Positions 1-11,654 of a stretch of DNA of 64,000 bases are shown piece by piece. Each line of letters starts with the position of its first letter. The first letter of the stretch is position 1. The stretch lies in contig CAXXMU010000002.1 of assembly GCA_963667785.2 (NCBI GenBank), positions 576,001 through 640,000 on the forward strand, in the 5' to 3' direction. Made by a program: the position numbers and the translations under genes. The DNA comes from Alphaproteobacteria bacterium (GTDB taxonomy: Bacteria > Pseudomonadota > Alphaproteobacteria > UBA828). The notes under the pieces are model-generated. The model did not search any database and had not been told where the DNA came from. It was given only the letters and a program-made list of their open reading frames with translations.

Positions 1-3027
<3,027 letters not shown>

Positions 3028-3031
3028 GCGC

Positions 3032-3355
3032 CTAATGCGCGCCGCGGGAGAGGTTCAACCCCACCACGCCGATGATGATGAGGATGATGGAGCCGACCCT
3101 GAGCGGCCCCATCGGCTCCTTGAACCAGATGTAGCCGATCATGGCGATCGCGGCGGTGCCGATGCCGGCCCAGATCGCGTAGGAGAGGCCGAGATCGAGC
3201 TTCTTCAGCGCGAACGCGAACAGCACGAAGCTGATTCCGTAGAGGATGAAGATCAGCGCCGAGAAGACGGGCTTGGTGAGCCCCTCGCTCAGCTTCATGG
3301 AGGTCGTGCCGCCTACCTCGAATACGATGGCGAGACCGAGATAGACCCAGTGCAT
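3032..3355 (-). CDS. SMR (small multidrug resistance) family transporter, Qac/EmrE-like
   Basis: 107 aa, 4 hydrophobic segments, AIVFEVGGTTSMK with the conserved Glu, YAIWAGIG. Confidence 0.9.
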   Translation of the reverse strand: MHWVYLGLAIVFEVGGTTSMKLSEGLTKPVFSALIFILYGISFVLFAFALKKLDLGLSYAIWAGIGTAAIAMIGYIWFKEPMGPLRVGSIILIIIGVVGLNLSRGAH

Positions 3356-3585
3356 GGCGCGACTCCCCGACTATGGCGGCCGAGGGCCGTCAATCTTTGA
3401 TAAGCGCCCGGAAGTCAAGGAAGGCGGGGGGGAGCCGTCCCTCTGGGGCGGGGGACGCGCGGTTGCCTCCGGCCCGCTCTCCCCATAACATCCTGCCGCC
3501 CGGGTTCATGGGGAGGCCGGGCCACGATCGACTGGGCGCGGCGCCTGGCCCGAGGGGCCGGGTGCGTGCCTGAACATGCGGGAGG

Positions 3586-5643
3586 ATGGTGTTGGCAGAT
3601 TATCTGGTCGGCATCGATGTCGGCGGCACATTCACCGATTTCGTGAGCTACAATTCGGAGACCAGGGCGGTCGACGTGTGGAAGATCCTGTCGACTCCCC
3701 ACGACCCCAACGAAGGCATCCTCGGCGGTCTCAGGCGCTTCGACGCGCCATCGGACGTCCGCAACATCAGGCTCGGCACCACGGTGGCGACCAACGCGAT
3801 CCTCGAGCGCAAGGGGGCGACCGTCGCCTACGTGACGACCGAAGGGTTTCGGGACATCCCCTTCATCCAGCGCGGCAACCGACGCAGCCACTACGACATC
3901 ACCTGGATCAAGCCGAAGCCGCTGGTCAAGCGCCGCCACTGCTACGAGGTGAGCGAGCGGATCATGTCCAACGGCACGGTCCACGTGCCGCTCGACGAGG
4001 ACGCCGTGCGCGCGATCGGACGCAGCATCAGGGAGGACGGCTCGATCGAGGCGGTGGCCGTCAACTTCCTCTTTTCCTACGTGACGCCGGACCACGAGCG
4101 CCGCGCCAAGGAGATTCTCGAAGAGGAGCTGCCGGACATTCCGGTCTCCATCTCCTATGACGTGCTGCCGAAGTGGAAGGAGTACGAGCGCGCGTCCACC
4201 ACCATCGCCGACGCCTACGTGAAGCCGGTGGTGAACCGGCAGGTGGCCAGCCTGCGCGAGCGCTTCAAGGAGAGCGGCATCACCGACCAGGCCGTGGTCA
4301 TCAAGTCCAACGGCGGCGAGATGACGCTGGAGGCGGCGCAGCGGACGCCGATCCAGATGACGGTCTCGGGCCCCACCGGCGGCGTGATCGCGGGCAAGCA
4401 CATCGCCAAGCTGAGCGGCATCAGCCACCTCGTCACCCTCGACATGGGCGGCACCTCGACCGACACGTCGACCATCGTGGGCGGGCAGGAGAACTTCACC
4501 ACCGACTACGAGGTGGAGTTCGGCGTCCCCATCCAGATCCCGATGATCGACATCCGCACCATCGGCGCCGGCGGCGGCTCCATCGCCTGGATCGACAAGG
4601 GCGGCATGCTGCGGGTCGGGCCCGAGAGCGCCGGCGCGAACCCCGGCCCCGCCTGCTACGGCACCGGCGGCGAGCGCCCGGCGGTCACCGACGCCAACCT
4701 GCTGCTCGGCCGGATCAACCCCTCCAACTTCCTCGGCGGCGAGATGGCGCTGGACGTCGCCGCGGCCGAGAAGGCGATCGAGACCGTCTCCGGCCCGCTG
4801 GGGCGGACGGCGGAGGAGACCGCGCTCGCCATCGTCCAGATCGCCAACAACAACATGGTGGGCGCGCTCCGCTCGGTGCTGATCGAGCGCGGCCTCGACC
4901 CGCGCGACTTCTCGCTGCTCGCCTTCGGCGGCGCGGGCCCGCTGCACGCGGCCGACCTGATGAACGACGCCGGCATCCCGTCGGGCGTGATTCCCAACTA
5001 TCCGGGGCAGTTCTCGGCCTTCGGCTTCATCCTCACCGATGCGCGGGTGGACGTGCAGCGCACCGTGCAGATGACGTCGAAGCGCTTCGACCAGGCGCGC
5101 GCGTCCGAGGTGATGGCCGCGCTGATCGAGACCGGCATCGCCGAGCTGAAGGCGCAGGGCTACGTCAAGAACATCGAGATCTACCGCTCGCTGGAGATGC
5201 GCTATCTCGGCCAGAACTACGAGCTGGAGATCCCGGTCGCCTTCGATTCGTTCACCGACGAGACGACGCCCAAGGTCTGGCAGGCCTTCCACGACATGCA
5301 TCTCGCGCGCTTCGGCTTCAACATCCCGCGCGAGGTGATCGAGGTCATCACCGTCAAGGCCACCGTCGTCTCGCTCACCGAGAAGCCCGATCTCGCCACC
5401 ATCGGCAAGGCGGAGTCCGCCTCGCCCGACGCCGTGGCCACCCGCTCCGTGGTGTTCGACGACGGCCGGCACGAGACGCCGATCTACGACCGCGCCGGCT
5501 TGCGCGACGGCCACGCCGTGACCGGGCCCGCCATCGTCGAGGAGCCGGTCTCCGTGACCGTGCTCAGGCCGGGCCAGCCAATGAGAGTGGATCAGTACGG
5601 CAATCTTCTGATCGGACGCATCGCCGAGGAGTCCCGACCATGA
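3586..5643 (+). CDS. hydantoinase/oxoprolinase subunit A family protein
   Basis: GIDVGGTFTD, GTTVATNA, SGPTGG, DMGGTSTD, GAGGGSIA, GPESAGANPGP, FGGAGPLH motifs; RBS GGAGG. Confidence 0.93.
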   Translation: MVLADYLVGIDVGGTFTDFVSYNSETRAVDVWKILSTPHDPNEGILGGLRRFDAPSDVRNIRLGTTVATNAILERKGATVAYVTTEGFRDIPFIQRGNRRSHYDITWIKPKPLVKRRHCYEVSERIMSNGTVHVPLDEDAVRAIGRSIREDGSIEAVAVNFLFSYVTPDHERRAKEILEEELPDIPVSISYDVLPKWKEYERASTTIADAYVKPVVNRQVASLRERFKESGITDQAVVIKSNGGEMTLEAAQRTPIQMTVSGPTGGVIAGKHIAKLSGISHLVTLDMGGTSTDTSTIVGGQENFTTDYEVEFGVPIQIPMIDIRTIGAGGGSIAWIDKGGMLRVGPESAGANPGPACYGTGGERPAVTDANLLLGRINPSNFLGGEMALDVAAAEKAIETVSGPLGRTAEETALAIVQIANNNMVGALRSVLIERGLDPRDFSLLAFGGAGPLHAADLMNDAGIPSGVIPNYPGQFSAFGFILTDARVDVQRTVQMTSKRFDQARASEVMAALIETGIAELKAQGYVKNIEIYRSLEMRYLGQNYELEIPVAFDSFTDETTPKVWQAFHDMHLARFGFNIPREVIEVITVKATVVSLTEKPDLATIGKAESASPDAVATRSVVFDDGRHETPIYDRAGLRDGHAVTGPAIVEEPVSVTVLRPGQPMRVDQYGNLLIGRIAEESRP

Positions 5644-7367
5644 CCCAGAAAGCCGACGTCGACATGGTCGCCATGTCGATCATCGATTCCACCATGACCG
5701 CGGTCTGCCGCGAGATGGGAATCGTCCTGATGAAGACGTCCTATTCGACGATCTTCAACGAGGCGCTGGACTTCACCTGCGCGCTGGCGAGCCCCGAGGG
5801 CGAAATGATCGCCCAGGCGGAATACTGCCCGTCCATGATCGGCGGCGTGCCGCTGCTGGTGCGAAGCTGCGTCAAGGAGATCCCGCTGGAGACGCTCGAA
5901 CCCGGCGACGTGATCTGCCACAACGATCCCTACCGCGGCGGCCTGCACTGCCCCGAGCACACGCTGATCAAGCCGGTCTTCGTGGACGACGAGCTCATGG
6001 GCTTCGCCATGACCATCGGCCATCTGCAGGAGATCGGCGGCATGGTGCCGGGCGCGTTCGCCGGCGAGGCCACCGAGATCTTCCACGAGGGCATCCGCGT
6101 GCCGCCGGTCAAGATCAAGAGCCGCGGCGAGGATGTCGAGGAGGTGTGGAAGCTGCTGCTCGCGAACGTCCGCACGCCGCGCTACAACTACGGCGACCTG
6201 CGCGCGCTCATCGCCGGCGTCGACGTGGGCGAGCGCGGGCTGGCGAAGCTGATCCGCAAGTACGGCAAGGAGCAGTTCCGCCGCAACGTCCTCGACCTGA
6301 TGGACTATTCCGAGAGCCGCATGCGCGCCGAGATCGGCGCCATCGAGGACGGCGTCTACCGCTTCCAGGACCAGGTGGAGGACGACGGCATCGAGAGCCG
6401 GCCCTACGACATCAGGGTGGCGGTCCACGTCCAGGGCGACGAGGTGGTGATCGACTATTCCGGCACCTCGCCGCAGGCGCTCGGCCCGATCAACGCCACC
6501 CTCGGCGTCTCCTACTCCGCCGCCTACAACGGCATCCTGCAGGTCACCGACGAGACGATCCCGAAGAACTCGGGCTGCTTCCGCCCGATCCGCGTGGTCT
6601 CGCCGCCCGGCACCCTGCTCAACGTCGACTATCCGGGGCCCGAGGTCGGCGGTAATACCGAGACCCACTGCAAGATCGCGGGCGCCGTGATCGGCGCGCT
6701 GGCGCCGGCGCTGCCCGACCGCACCATGGCGGCGGAAGGCGCCACCCATACCAACTTCGTCTTCGGCGGCACCGACGAGGAGACCGGCGAGGCGTTCGTC
6801 TGCTACGCAATCGAGCTTTCCGGCTGGGGCGGGCGCAACTTCGCCGACGGCAACGACGCCACCGATTCGATCAACGGCAACTGCCGGGTCGTGCCGGTCG
6901 AGGTGTTCGAGACCCGCTTCCCCTTCCGCACCGAGTCCTACATCCTGGTCCAGGATTCCGGCGGCGCCGGCCGGAACCGCGGCGGGCTCAGTACGCAGCG
7001 CACGCTCAAGAGCCTCGATACCGAGATCACCGGCAGCCAGATGTCCGACCGCCACCGCAACCGGCCCTGGGGTCTGCACGGCGGCCAGCCCGGCGGCCTC
7101 GCCGGCACCTGGCACCAGCAGGCCAACACCACCACCTGGCACATGATCGACGAGGCCTTCGGCAAGGCGAGCCCGAGCAAGTGGAGCAACGTCCGCATCC
7201 GGCCGGGCGATTCGATCCGCTTCCAGACTCCCGGTGGCGGCGGCTGGGGCGATCCGCGCGAGCGGCCGCGCGAGCAGGTGATCGAGGATCTCGCCGAAGG
7301 CTATATCTCCGCCAGCTCGGCGCGGGAGCACTACGGCCTGGACGGGGCTGCCGAAGCGGCGGAGTAG
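5640..7367 (+). CDS. hydantoinase B/oxoprolinase family protein
   Basis: ATGA overlap with subunit A; NDPYRGGLH, H..EIGG, FHEGIRVPP, DSGGAGRNRGG, TPGGGGWGDP. Confidence 0.93.
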   Translation: MTQKADVDMVAMSIIDSTMTAVCREMGIVLMKTSYSTIFNEALDFTCALASPEGEMIAQAEYCPSMIGGVPLLVRSCVKEIPLETLEPGDVICHNDPYRGGLHCPEHTLIKPVFVDDELMGFAMTIGHLQEIGGMVPGAFAGEATEIFHEGIRVPPVKIKSRGEDVEEVWKLLLANVRTPRYNYGDLRALIAGVDVGERGLAKLIRKYGKEQFRRNVLDLMDYSESRMRAEIGAIEDGVYRFQDQVEDDGIESRPYDIRVAVHVQGDEVVIDYSGTSPQALGPINATLGVSYSAAYNGILQVTDETIPKNSGCFRPIRVVSPPGTLLNVDYPGPEVGGNTETHCKIAGAVIGALAPALPDRTMAAEGATHTNFVFGGTDEETGEAFVCYAIELSGWGGRNFADGNDATDSINGNCRVVPVEVFETRFPFRTESYILVQDSGGAGRNRGGLSTQRTLKSLDTEITGSQMSDRHRNRPWGLHGGQPGGLAGTWHQQANTTTWHMIDEAFGKASPSKWSNVRIRPGDSIRFQTPGGGGWGDPRERPREQVIEDLAEGYISASSAREHYGLDGAAEAAE

Positions 7368-7399
7368 GCTGCCGCCTCACGGGCCGTTACGCCCGAACC

Positions 7400-7420
7400 T
7401 GCCCGGACTCGTTCCGGGCA
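7400..7420. repeat. single-arm copy of the REP-like palindrome (TGCCCGGACTCGTTCCGGGCA)
   Basis: Identical to the left hairpin of the element at 7486-7580. Confidence 0.7.
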
Positions 7421-7485
7421 GCCGGGCAACCGCGCATCCGGGCCTCTCCATTGCCCGGCCGTCTTCACTCGCCGCCTTCACACCT

Positions 7486-7580
7486 CGTCATGCCCGGACT
7501 CGTTCCGGGCATCTCTCTCAGTTGGGCCCGCCATACGTCTGGCAAACACGTGGATGGCCGGAACGAGTCCGGCCATGACG
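7486..7580. repeat. alphaproteobacterial REP/MITE-like palindromic element (CGTCATGCCCGG...CCGGCCATGACG)
   Basis: Terminal inverted repeats CGTCATG/CATGACG and two internal hairpins; related copies at 44642-44726 and 47711-47730; lies between convergent genes. Confidence 0.85.
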
Positions 7581-7594
7581 GATCGAAGACTGGG

Positions 7595-8848
7595 TTACTT
7601 GTCGCGGCGCTCGGCGACGAGGGCGTCGAGGCGCTTGAGCAGGGCCGCGCGATCCGGCGCGAAATCTTGGTCAATCCACCAGTCTTCGACGGCTTCGAGC
7701 AAGCGGCCGACCTCCGGCCCCTCCGGGATGCTGCGCGCTAGCACGTCGTCGCCAGTGACGGGGAACGGCGGCGCTTCCCACTCTTCGGCCGTCTTCAGCA
7801 TCTTCCGCCAAGCTTCTTCGTTCTCACCGTGCCACTCGGTGGCCCAAGCGAGCAGCACCAGATTGCTGAAGTGCGCCGATCCGTGCCGGTAGAGCAGCCG
7901 ACCCTGAGCGCGGACGTCCAGATCCCGTCTGACGAGACTCGTTGATTCCACCAGCGCGATGAGCCGCGCGCTGTCGTTGCCGCTAAGGTGCCAGCGTTCC
8001 GCGACTGCCTTTGCGGCAGTTAGCGCGTCGTCATTCTCGGCGATCAGGCAAGCGAGCCGCCTGATAGGATCGGCTTCGGAGACTTTTTTCTCGATACCAA
8101 CCAGTCGGGCGAGGCGCTTGGTCTCCGGTGCCTCACGCAGCAGCGCATAAAGAATGCCGGCGTTCCGCATCTCGCGCACGGCTGACAATGGATTCTCGGC
8201 AGCGAGCAGCTTCAGCATCTCGGCCTGCACCCGCTCGCCCGAGAGGGACGGGATCGTGTGTGCCGCGTCCCTGCAGGCTTCGAGCGCCGCTGCGTCCGGC
8301 TCGCCCTTGCCGTACCAGGCGTGGAAGCGGAAGAAGCGGAGGATGCGCAGGTAGTCCTCGGCGATGCGAGTCGCAGGCTCGCCGACGAAGCGCACGCGGC
8401 CGGCCACGAGGTCGGCCTGCCCGCCGAAATAGTCGCGGAGCGTGCCGTCCGGCGTCATGCTCATGGCGTTGATGGTGAAGTCGCGGCGCGCCGCGTCCTC
8501 CCGCCAGTCGTCGGTGAAGGCGACCTCGGCGTGGCGGCCGTCCGTCTCCACGTCGCGCCGGAGCGTGGTGATCTCGTAGCGCTCGCCGTCTGCAAGCGCG
8601 GTCACCGTGCCGTGCGCGACCCCGCGCGGGACGGTGCGGTTCTCGATGCCGGCGCGCTCCAGCAGCGCCAGCACCCGCTCCGGCTCGTCGGGGGTGCCGA
8701 TGTCGATGTCGCGGCTTTCCCACCGGAGCAGCGCGTCGCGGACGCAGCCGCCGACGAAGCGCACCTCCGCACCGTCCCTTGTGAGCGCTTCCACCACCGC
8801 GCGCGTCGCAGAGGCGGTCATCCAGGGAGCGTGCGCCGGTCTCTCCAC
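7595..8848 (-). CDS. cca: CCA tRNA nucleotidyltransferase (class II)
   Basis: VGGCVRD..DIDI, EITTLR, DAARRDFTINA, EDYLRILRFFRF, LSGERV; start GTG 8848 or ATG 8821. Confidence 0.92.
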   Translation of the reverse strand: MERPAHAPWMTASATRAVVEALTRDGAEVRFVGGCVRDALLRWESRDIDIGTPDEPERVLALLERAGIENRTVPRGVAHGTVTALADGERYEITTLRRDVETDGRHAEVAFTDDWREDAARRDFTINAMSMTPDGTLRDYFGGQADLVAGRVRFVGEPATRIAEDYLRILRFFRFHAWYGKGEPDAAALEACRDAAHTIPSLSGERVQAEMLKLLAAENPLSAVREMRNAGILYALLREAPETKRLARLVGIEKKVSEADPIRRLACLIAENDDALTAAKAVAERWHLSGNDSARLIALVESTSLVRRDLDVRAQGRLLYRHGSAHFSNLVLLAWATEWHGENEEAWRKMLKTAEEWEAPPFPVTGDDVLARSIPEGPEVGRLLEAVEDWWIDQDFAPDRAALLKRLDALVAERRDK

Positions 8849-8859
8849 CCGGGGTCTGC

Positions 8860-9138
8860 TCAGTCGACGACCTCGGCCGGCACGATCTCGCCGTCGACGA
8901 TGCGCGCCGGCACGTAGGTGCCCTCGGGGTCGCCGCCGGCGGTCATGGCCCACACCACCAAGCTTGCCGCCGTCAGGATCAGCCCACTGCCCAGCAGCCT
9001 GATCCACGGCAGCTTGCGCAACTGCGCCGCCACGCTGCTGCGGCTGAGCTGGATCCGCCGCGCCAGGATGAGAAAGGCGATGTAGAGGATCGTCGGCGCG
9101 AGCAGGATCAGGATATGGATCAGCGTGGTTCTCAGCAT
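8860..9138 (-). CDS. DUF6111-like small membrane protein
   Basis: Two TM segments plus YVPARIVDGEIVP; usual position between CoA pyrophosphatase and cca. Confidence 0.75.
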   Translation of the reverse strand: MLRTTLIHILILLAPTILYIAFLILARRIQLSRSSVAAQLRKLPWIRLLGSGLILTAASLVVWAMTAGGDPEGTYVPARIVDGEIVPAEVVD

Positions 9139-9794
9139 GACGCCCGCACCACATCCCGGAAGTTGACGAGGATCGCCGCCGTGGCACCCCAGATATGATA
9201 CGCCTCATAGGGCAGCACGTAAAAACGCCGCTCGATGCCGTTCACCGTCAGCCCGTCGCGGCGGTAGTTGGCGGGCTCCAGCACGAAGGACAGCGGCACC
9301 TCGAAGATCTCCGCCACCTCGCGCGTGTCCGGCATGAAGGCCGGCGGCGCCGCGACGAAGCCGACGACCGGCGTGATGCGGTAGCCGGTGCCTACGAGAT
9401 AATCGTCGAGCCGGCCCGCCACCTCCACCGAGGCCGCCGGCAGCCCGATCTCCTCCTCCGCCTCCCTGAGCGCCGTTCTCTGCGGACTCCCGTCTTCGGG
9501 ATCGGCGCGGCCGCCGGGAAAGCTGATCTGGCCGGCGTGGCGCGCCAGCCGCTCGGCCCGCCGGGTGAGCAGCACCGAGAGCGCGCCCGCCCGCTCGACG
9601 ACGGCGACGAGCACGGCGGCGGGCGTGATCGGCTCCTCCGGCGAGAGCCGGCCCCAGGATTCCTCGCTGTGCCGGAGCGAGCCGGGCACACGGGCCGCAG
9701 GCGCCCGCTCGGCAGCCGCGATGACCGCCTCCCACGGCTGATCCGGCGCGCCCGGCGCCTCGTGCGCCACGCCGCGCAGAATGTCGGTTCGCAT
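9132..9794 (-). CDS. Nudix CoA pyrophosphatase (NudL-like)
   Basis: LLTRRA..L..HAGQISFPGG plus Nudix box ALREAEEEIGL and IWGATA. Confidence 0.9.
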   Translation of the reverse strand: MRTDILRGVAHEAPGAPDQPWEAVIAAAERAPAARVPGSLRHSEESWGRLSPEEPITPAAVLVAVVERAGALSVLLTRRAERLARHAGQISFPGGRADPEDGSPQRTALREAEEEIGLPAASVEVAGRLDDYLVGTGYRITPVVGFVAAPPAFMPDTREVAEIFEVPLSFVLEPANYRRDGLTVNGIERRFYVLPYEAYHIWGATAAILVNFRDVVRASC

Positions 9795-10336
9795 CAGTCG
9801 GACCCGGCGGACGCTCCCGGCGCCTCGTCGAAGGGGAAGAACGCGCCGTCGCTCCAGACGCCGAGCACCGGCCTGCCTGCCAGCGTCCGCTCGACGCAGA
9901 GCTCCACCAGTCCGTAGTAGGCGGTGCGCGCCACGCGCGCCTCCAGGCCGTCGCGAACGGTGAGATAGGGCGCCTTCTCCCGCGAGCTGGGTAGCGCGCG
10001 AAAGGCGAGGGGATGCGCAGGCCCGGCGCTCACCCACTCGTCCAGATTGGTGCGGAAGCGCAGGCTCTGCGCCTTGCCGCTGCCGCTCGCCTCCAGCTCG
10101 ACGGCGACGAAGGGCACGTCGTCGACCGCGATGCGGGCCCGCTCCACCGGGGTGACGAGCCAGTAATCGCCGTCGTCCTCGCGCCTGAGCACGCTCGCGA
10201 AGAGCTTGACCAGCGGCAGGCGCCCGATGGGGCAACCTTCGTGGAACCAGGTGCCGTCGCCGGCGATGCGGATGTCGATGTCGCCGCAGAAGAGCTGCGG
10301 CGGCGACCCTGCCGCCGGTGCGTTCGACTCGCTCAT
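9794..10336 (-). CDS. DUF1285 domain protein
   Basis: CGDIDIRIAGDGTWFHEG.PIGR..LVKLFASVL..YWLVTPVE..VDDVPF signature. Confidence 0.88.
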   Translation of the reverse strand: MSESNAPAAGSPPQLFCGDIDIRIAGDGTWFHEGCPIGRLPLVKLFASVLRREDDGDYWLVTPVERARIAVDDVPFVAVELEASGSGKAQSLRFRTNLDEWVSAGPAHPLAFRALPSSREKAPYLTVRDGLEARVARTAYYGLVELCVERTLAGRPVLGVWSDGAFFPFDEAPGASAGSD

Positions 10337-10395
10337 GGGCGCAGTATAGCCAAGCGGCACGTTCTCGCCTCTTGTGCGGTGCCGCCCGAGACTCC

Positions 10396-10502
10396 CCCAC
10401 CTCACCCCGGCCCTCTCCGCCCCCAGGGGCGGAGAGGGAGAACGGACGGCGCCGTCTACGTTCCCCCTCCGCCACTGGGGGAGGGGGACAGGGGGAGGTG
10501 GG
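10396..10502. repeat. second REP-like palindromic element (CCCACCTCACCCCGGCCCTCTCC...GGGGGAGGTGGG)
   Basis: Two purine/pyrimidine-skewed hairpins (CCCTCTCCGCCCC-CA-GGGGCGGAGAGGG; CCCCCTCC...GGAGGGGG) in inverted arrangement with complementary ends. Confidence 0.75.
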
Positions 10503-10544
10503 CGCCGTTCGAGCCGCTGTGACCCCGCAAGGTCGGATGGTGTT

Positions 10545-11654
10545 CTAGCCGACGCGCGCGTCGATCAGGCGGTTCACCTCTGCAGCGGCTTCCATCTGCA
10601 CCATGTGGCCCTGCCCGTCGAGCACCGTGCAGTCCACGCCGTCCCCCAGGCCATCGGCATGGGCGGCCGGGATGATCTGGTCGCCCGCGCCCCAGATGAC
10701 GAGCGTTGGCACCGAGCCCGCCACCCCGCGCAGGTCCTCGGCCTGCGCGCCGCCGGGCGCGAAGGCGTCCCGGACGGTGCCGAGCGCGGCGGTGACGCCG
10801 TCGATCCGCTTGAAGGCGAGCAGGTCGTTGACGAGCTGGCGCGTGACCAGCGCCGGATCGCTGAAGAGCTTCTCGACATGCGGCTTGAGGTCCTTGCGGC
10901 GCTCGGCCGCGATGAAGCCCTCCAGATAGTCGCCGTCGATCTCGCCGCCGAGGCCGGCGCTGCCGATCAGCGTCAGCGAAGCCACCCGTGCCGGTGCCGC
11001 GCGGGCGACGGCGAGCGCGATGGCGCCGCCCATGGAATGGCCGACGAGATGGGCCTGCTCGATCCCCAGCGCGTCGGCGAAGCCCGTCACGACATCGGCG
11101 AAGAAGCCGATCGAGCCGTCGCCGACATCCTTGCTGGAGCTGCCGTGCCCCGGCAGGTCGAGAGCATGGACCGCGCGGCCGGCGGCGAGCGCGTCGTGGT
11201 TGAACAGCCAGTTGTTGAGGTCGCCGCCGAAGCCGTGGATGAGGATGACCGGCACGCCGCCTTCGCCCTTCGTGAGGTAGCGGATCTGCCTGCCCGCGAC
11301 CTCGGCCGTCTCGGTGGCCGGGCCGGCGTCGTCGTCATCGTCCTCGGGTGGCACGAAGTTGGCCTGGAAATCGGTGACGAAGGCCTCGATGTCGTCATCG
11401 GCGACGCTCTCGTCGGCGACGATGCCGAGCAGGCCGCCGACCGGCAGCACGTCGCCCTCCTGGGCGACGCAGCGCCGGAGCACGCCGGCATCCGCCGCCT
11501 CGACCGCGCTGGAGATCTTCTCGGTCTCGATGTCGATGACCTCGTCCCCCGGCGTGAGCGATTCGCCTTCGTTGACGAGCCAGCCGGCGACCTTCCCCTC
11601 CTTCATGGAGAGGCCCCACTTGGGCATGCAAATGGGGCGGATGCCTTCGCTCAT
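10545..11654 (-). CDS. acoC: acetoin dehydrogenase E2 (lipoyl domain + alpha/beta-hydrolase acetyltransferase)
   Basis: MPKWGLSM, lipoyl ETEKI, HGFGGD, GHSMGG, GHMVQME; follows acoA-acoB. Confidence 0.9.
   Translation of the reverse strand: MSEGIRPICMPKWGLSMKEGKVAGWLVNEGESLTPGDEVIDIETEKISSAVEAADAGVLRRCVAQEGDVLPVGGLLGIVADESVADDDIEAFVTDFQANFVPPEDDDDDAGPATETAEVAGRQIRYLTKGEGGVPVILIHGFGGDLNNWLFNHDALAAGRAVHALDLPGHGSSSKDVGDGSIGFFADVVTGFADALGIEQAHLVGHSMGGAIALAVARAAPARVASLTLIGSAGLGGEIDGDYLEGFIAAERRKDLKPHVEKLFSDPALVTRQLVNDLLAFKRIDGVTAALGTVRDAFAPGGAQAEDLRGVAGSVPTLVIWGAGDQIIPAAHADGLGDGVDCTVLDGQGHMVQMEAAAEVNRLIDARVG

Noticed and set aside
3356-3585. Guanidine riboswitch upstream of the SMR gene
   Set aside because: No paired ACGR-loop hairpins or ykkC features seen, and the protein looks Qac-like rather than Gdx-like.
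4173-7367. 1064-aa ORF suggesting an extended or fused hydantoinase B
   Set aside because: The N-terminal half is an Arg-rich off-frame read of subunit A; the true start is the ATGA overlap at 5640.
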